Both the position numbers and the translations under genes were made by a program. This document shows positions 31,850 to 33,175 of a stretch of 33,175 bases of DNA, piece after piece. Under the pieces are notes generated by a model. The model did no database searches and was not told the origin of the DNA. It saw nothing but the letters and a program-made list of their open reading frames with translations. The DNA comes from Nanobdellota archaeon (lineage in GTDB: Archaea > Nanobdellota > Nanobdellia > Woesearchaeales > GW2011-AR9), in contig JAUYPT010000060.1 in NCBI GenBank assembly GCA_030695685.1, positions 1 through 33,175 on the forward strand. Direction: 5' to 3'. Position 1 is the stretch's first letter, and each line of letters starts with the position of its first letter.

Positions 31850-33046
31850 ATGAAAATATTATTGAACGATGGTTTGGCGGAAGAAGGCGTAAAGATACTT
31901 TTAGAAGAAGGTTTAGAAGTGAGCAAAGAAAGATTAGATTCATCAGCACTCGCAAAATATATCCAAAACGTTGATGCATTAATAGTCAGAAGCGCTACCA
32001 AAGTTACAAGAGAGATTATCAAAAATGGTGCTCAAGGTAATCTTAAAATTATAGGAAGAGCTGGTGTTGGATACGATAATATAGATATAGAAGCTGCAAC
32101 TGAAAATGGCATTGTCGTAAAATTTGCACCTTATGGGAATACAAATTCAGCTGCAGAACTTGCACTCGGTCTAATGATAGCAACATCAAGGAATATTCCA
32201 CAAGCACATACATCTGCAATAAGTGGTATTTGGCAGAGACAACCTTTCTTCGGCATTGAAATAACCGGCAAAACATTAGGTATCATTGGCTGTGGAAGGG
32301 TTGGACAAAGGTTAAGCGAATTAGTAACTGGATTTCATATGGATGTTATTGGGTATGACAGCAGCATCGAGCATGTTAAGCTGCATTTTCCAACTTCAAA
32401 AATACGGTATTCATCGTTGGAAGAAGTCTTAACCAAGTCTCATTATATTAGTCTCCATACTGGTGGAAGCAAGACTTTAATTGGAGAACGAGAACTTTCT
32501 ATGATGAGAAAAGATGCGATCCTTATTAATACTTCCAGAGGTTCCAATGTTAACGAAAATGCATTATATACTGCATTAAAAAATGGCACCATTAAAAGTG
32601 CTGGTCTTGATGTTTATGAGGAAGAACCTGACATAGAAGGGACTGAATTTAAAAATAAATTAAGAGAACTTAAAAATGTTGTTTTGAGTATGCACTTAGG
32701 AGCATCAACAGAAGAAGCACAGAAAGAAACTGCCCGGGAAATTGCGACTGTGGTAAGTGATTACCTTAAAAAAGGAGATTTTTCAAATTCAGTTAATGCA
32801 GGAGAAACTATTGGATACGAAAAAAAACAAATCCATCCCTTATTTATATATCACAAAGACCTGCCTGGTGCTTTTGCTGCGATAGATCGTGTCCTTGCTG
32901 ATTATGGTGTTAATATAAGAGAGATCTCATCACGACAACTGGGAAATGGTTCTGCAATGGCTGTTTACTCTGTACATCAACCAATAACAGAAGAGGTTAT
33001 AAATTCTTTACAAAACCTTGATCTTGTTTTATCAACGAAGATATAA
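31850..33046 (+). CDS. serA: D-3-phosphoglycerate dehydrogenase with C-terminal ACT domain
   Basis: NAD motif GIIGCGRVGQ, D-2-hydroxyacid dehydrogenase motifs LINTSRG and HLGASTEEAQ, and an ACT-like tail HKDLPGAFAAIDRVLADYGVNIREIS. Confidence 0.88.
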   Translation: MKILLNDGLAEEGVKILLEEGLEVSKERLDSSALAKYIQNVDALIVRSATKVTREIIKNGAQGNLKIIGRAGVGYDNIDIEAATENGIVVKFAPYGNTNSAAELALGLMIATSRNIPQAHTSAISGIWQRQPFFGIEITGKTLGIIGCGRVGQRLSELVTGFHMDVIGYDSSIEHVKLHFPTSKIRYSSLEEVLTKSHYISLHTGGSKTLIGERELSMMRKDAILINTSRGSNVNENALYTALKNGTIKSAGLDVYEEEPDIEGTEFKNKLRELKNVVLSMHLGASTEEAQKETAREIATVVSDYLKKGDFSNSVNAGETIGYEKKQIHPLFIYHKDLPGAFAAIDRVLADYGVNIREISSRQLGNGSAMAVYSVHQPITEEVINSLQNLDLVLSTKI

Positions 33047-33049
33047 TTC

Positions 33050-33175
33050 TCAACGCAGTGTTACGTCAAACTCTCCCTGAATATAGATTTCACCTTGGCG
33101 GAAGATCGTTGTTTCCAGGATGTAATCGCCGGCATAGGTTTCAGGATCATAATCAAGCTGCTGGGCAAAGACAAA
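33050..33175 (-). CDS. C-terminal fragment of an unidentified ORF entering from beyond the window end
   Basis: My own translation of the minus strand gives ...FVFAQQLDYDPETYAGDYILETTIFRQGEIYIQGEFDVTLR*, with the stop at 33052..33050. A second frame is also open over most of this stretch, so the call is weak. Confidence 0.3.
   Translation of the reverse strand, partial: FVFAQQLDYDPETYAGDYILETTIFRQGEIYIQGEFDVTLR

Noticed and set aside
1-33175. CRISPR arrays, rRNA genes, tandem repeat arrays and alternative genetic code.
   Set aside because: No regularly spaced short direct repeats were seen. No rRNA-like conserved stretches were seen. TAA, TAG and TGA all terminate well-supported genes, so the standard code appears to apply.

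Overview
AT-rich (judged by eye, not computed) 33 kb segment that reads as archaeal and probably DPANN-like. It has a ThrRS with the archaeal N-terminal editing domain, archaeal-type uL11, an intron-containing tRNA-Leu, and TTTATATA boxes about 25-30 nt upstream of many start codons, which suggests leaderless mRNAs. Housekeeping genes: mutS (partial), an Lhr-type and a Ski2-like helicase, adk, a Leu/Glu-dehydrogenase family enzyme, a CaCA antiporter, thrS, rpl11, purB, serA, a PIG-L deacetylase plus GT4 glycosyltransferase pair, and a radical-SAM/TRAM protein. The standout is a single 1,550-aa ORF (18695..23347, minus) that fuses three bacterial sigma-70-type modules (one FliA-like, one region-2-only, one complete RpoD-like) with at least four excisionase-type winged-HTH units. 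I do not know this architecture, and a sigma factor has no obvious RNAP partner in an archaeon. Other notable structure: two MITE-like elements with 9-bp target duplications and shared GGCTCTGT termini, each just upstream of a TATA box. A 292-bp, 98.6%-identical direct repeat brackets an unknown 232-aa ORF, leaving one full and one 5'-truncated copy of a small lipoprotein gene. An accessory-looking stretch next to the tRNA carries a RelE toxin-antitoxin pair, a YhhQ-type transporter and a stand-alone C39-like peptidase. uL11 has an ~80-aa charged C-terminal extension. I saw no rRNA, CRISPR array, integrase or transposase. All calls come from reading the supplied translations and the DNA; no database search was run.
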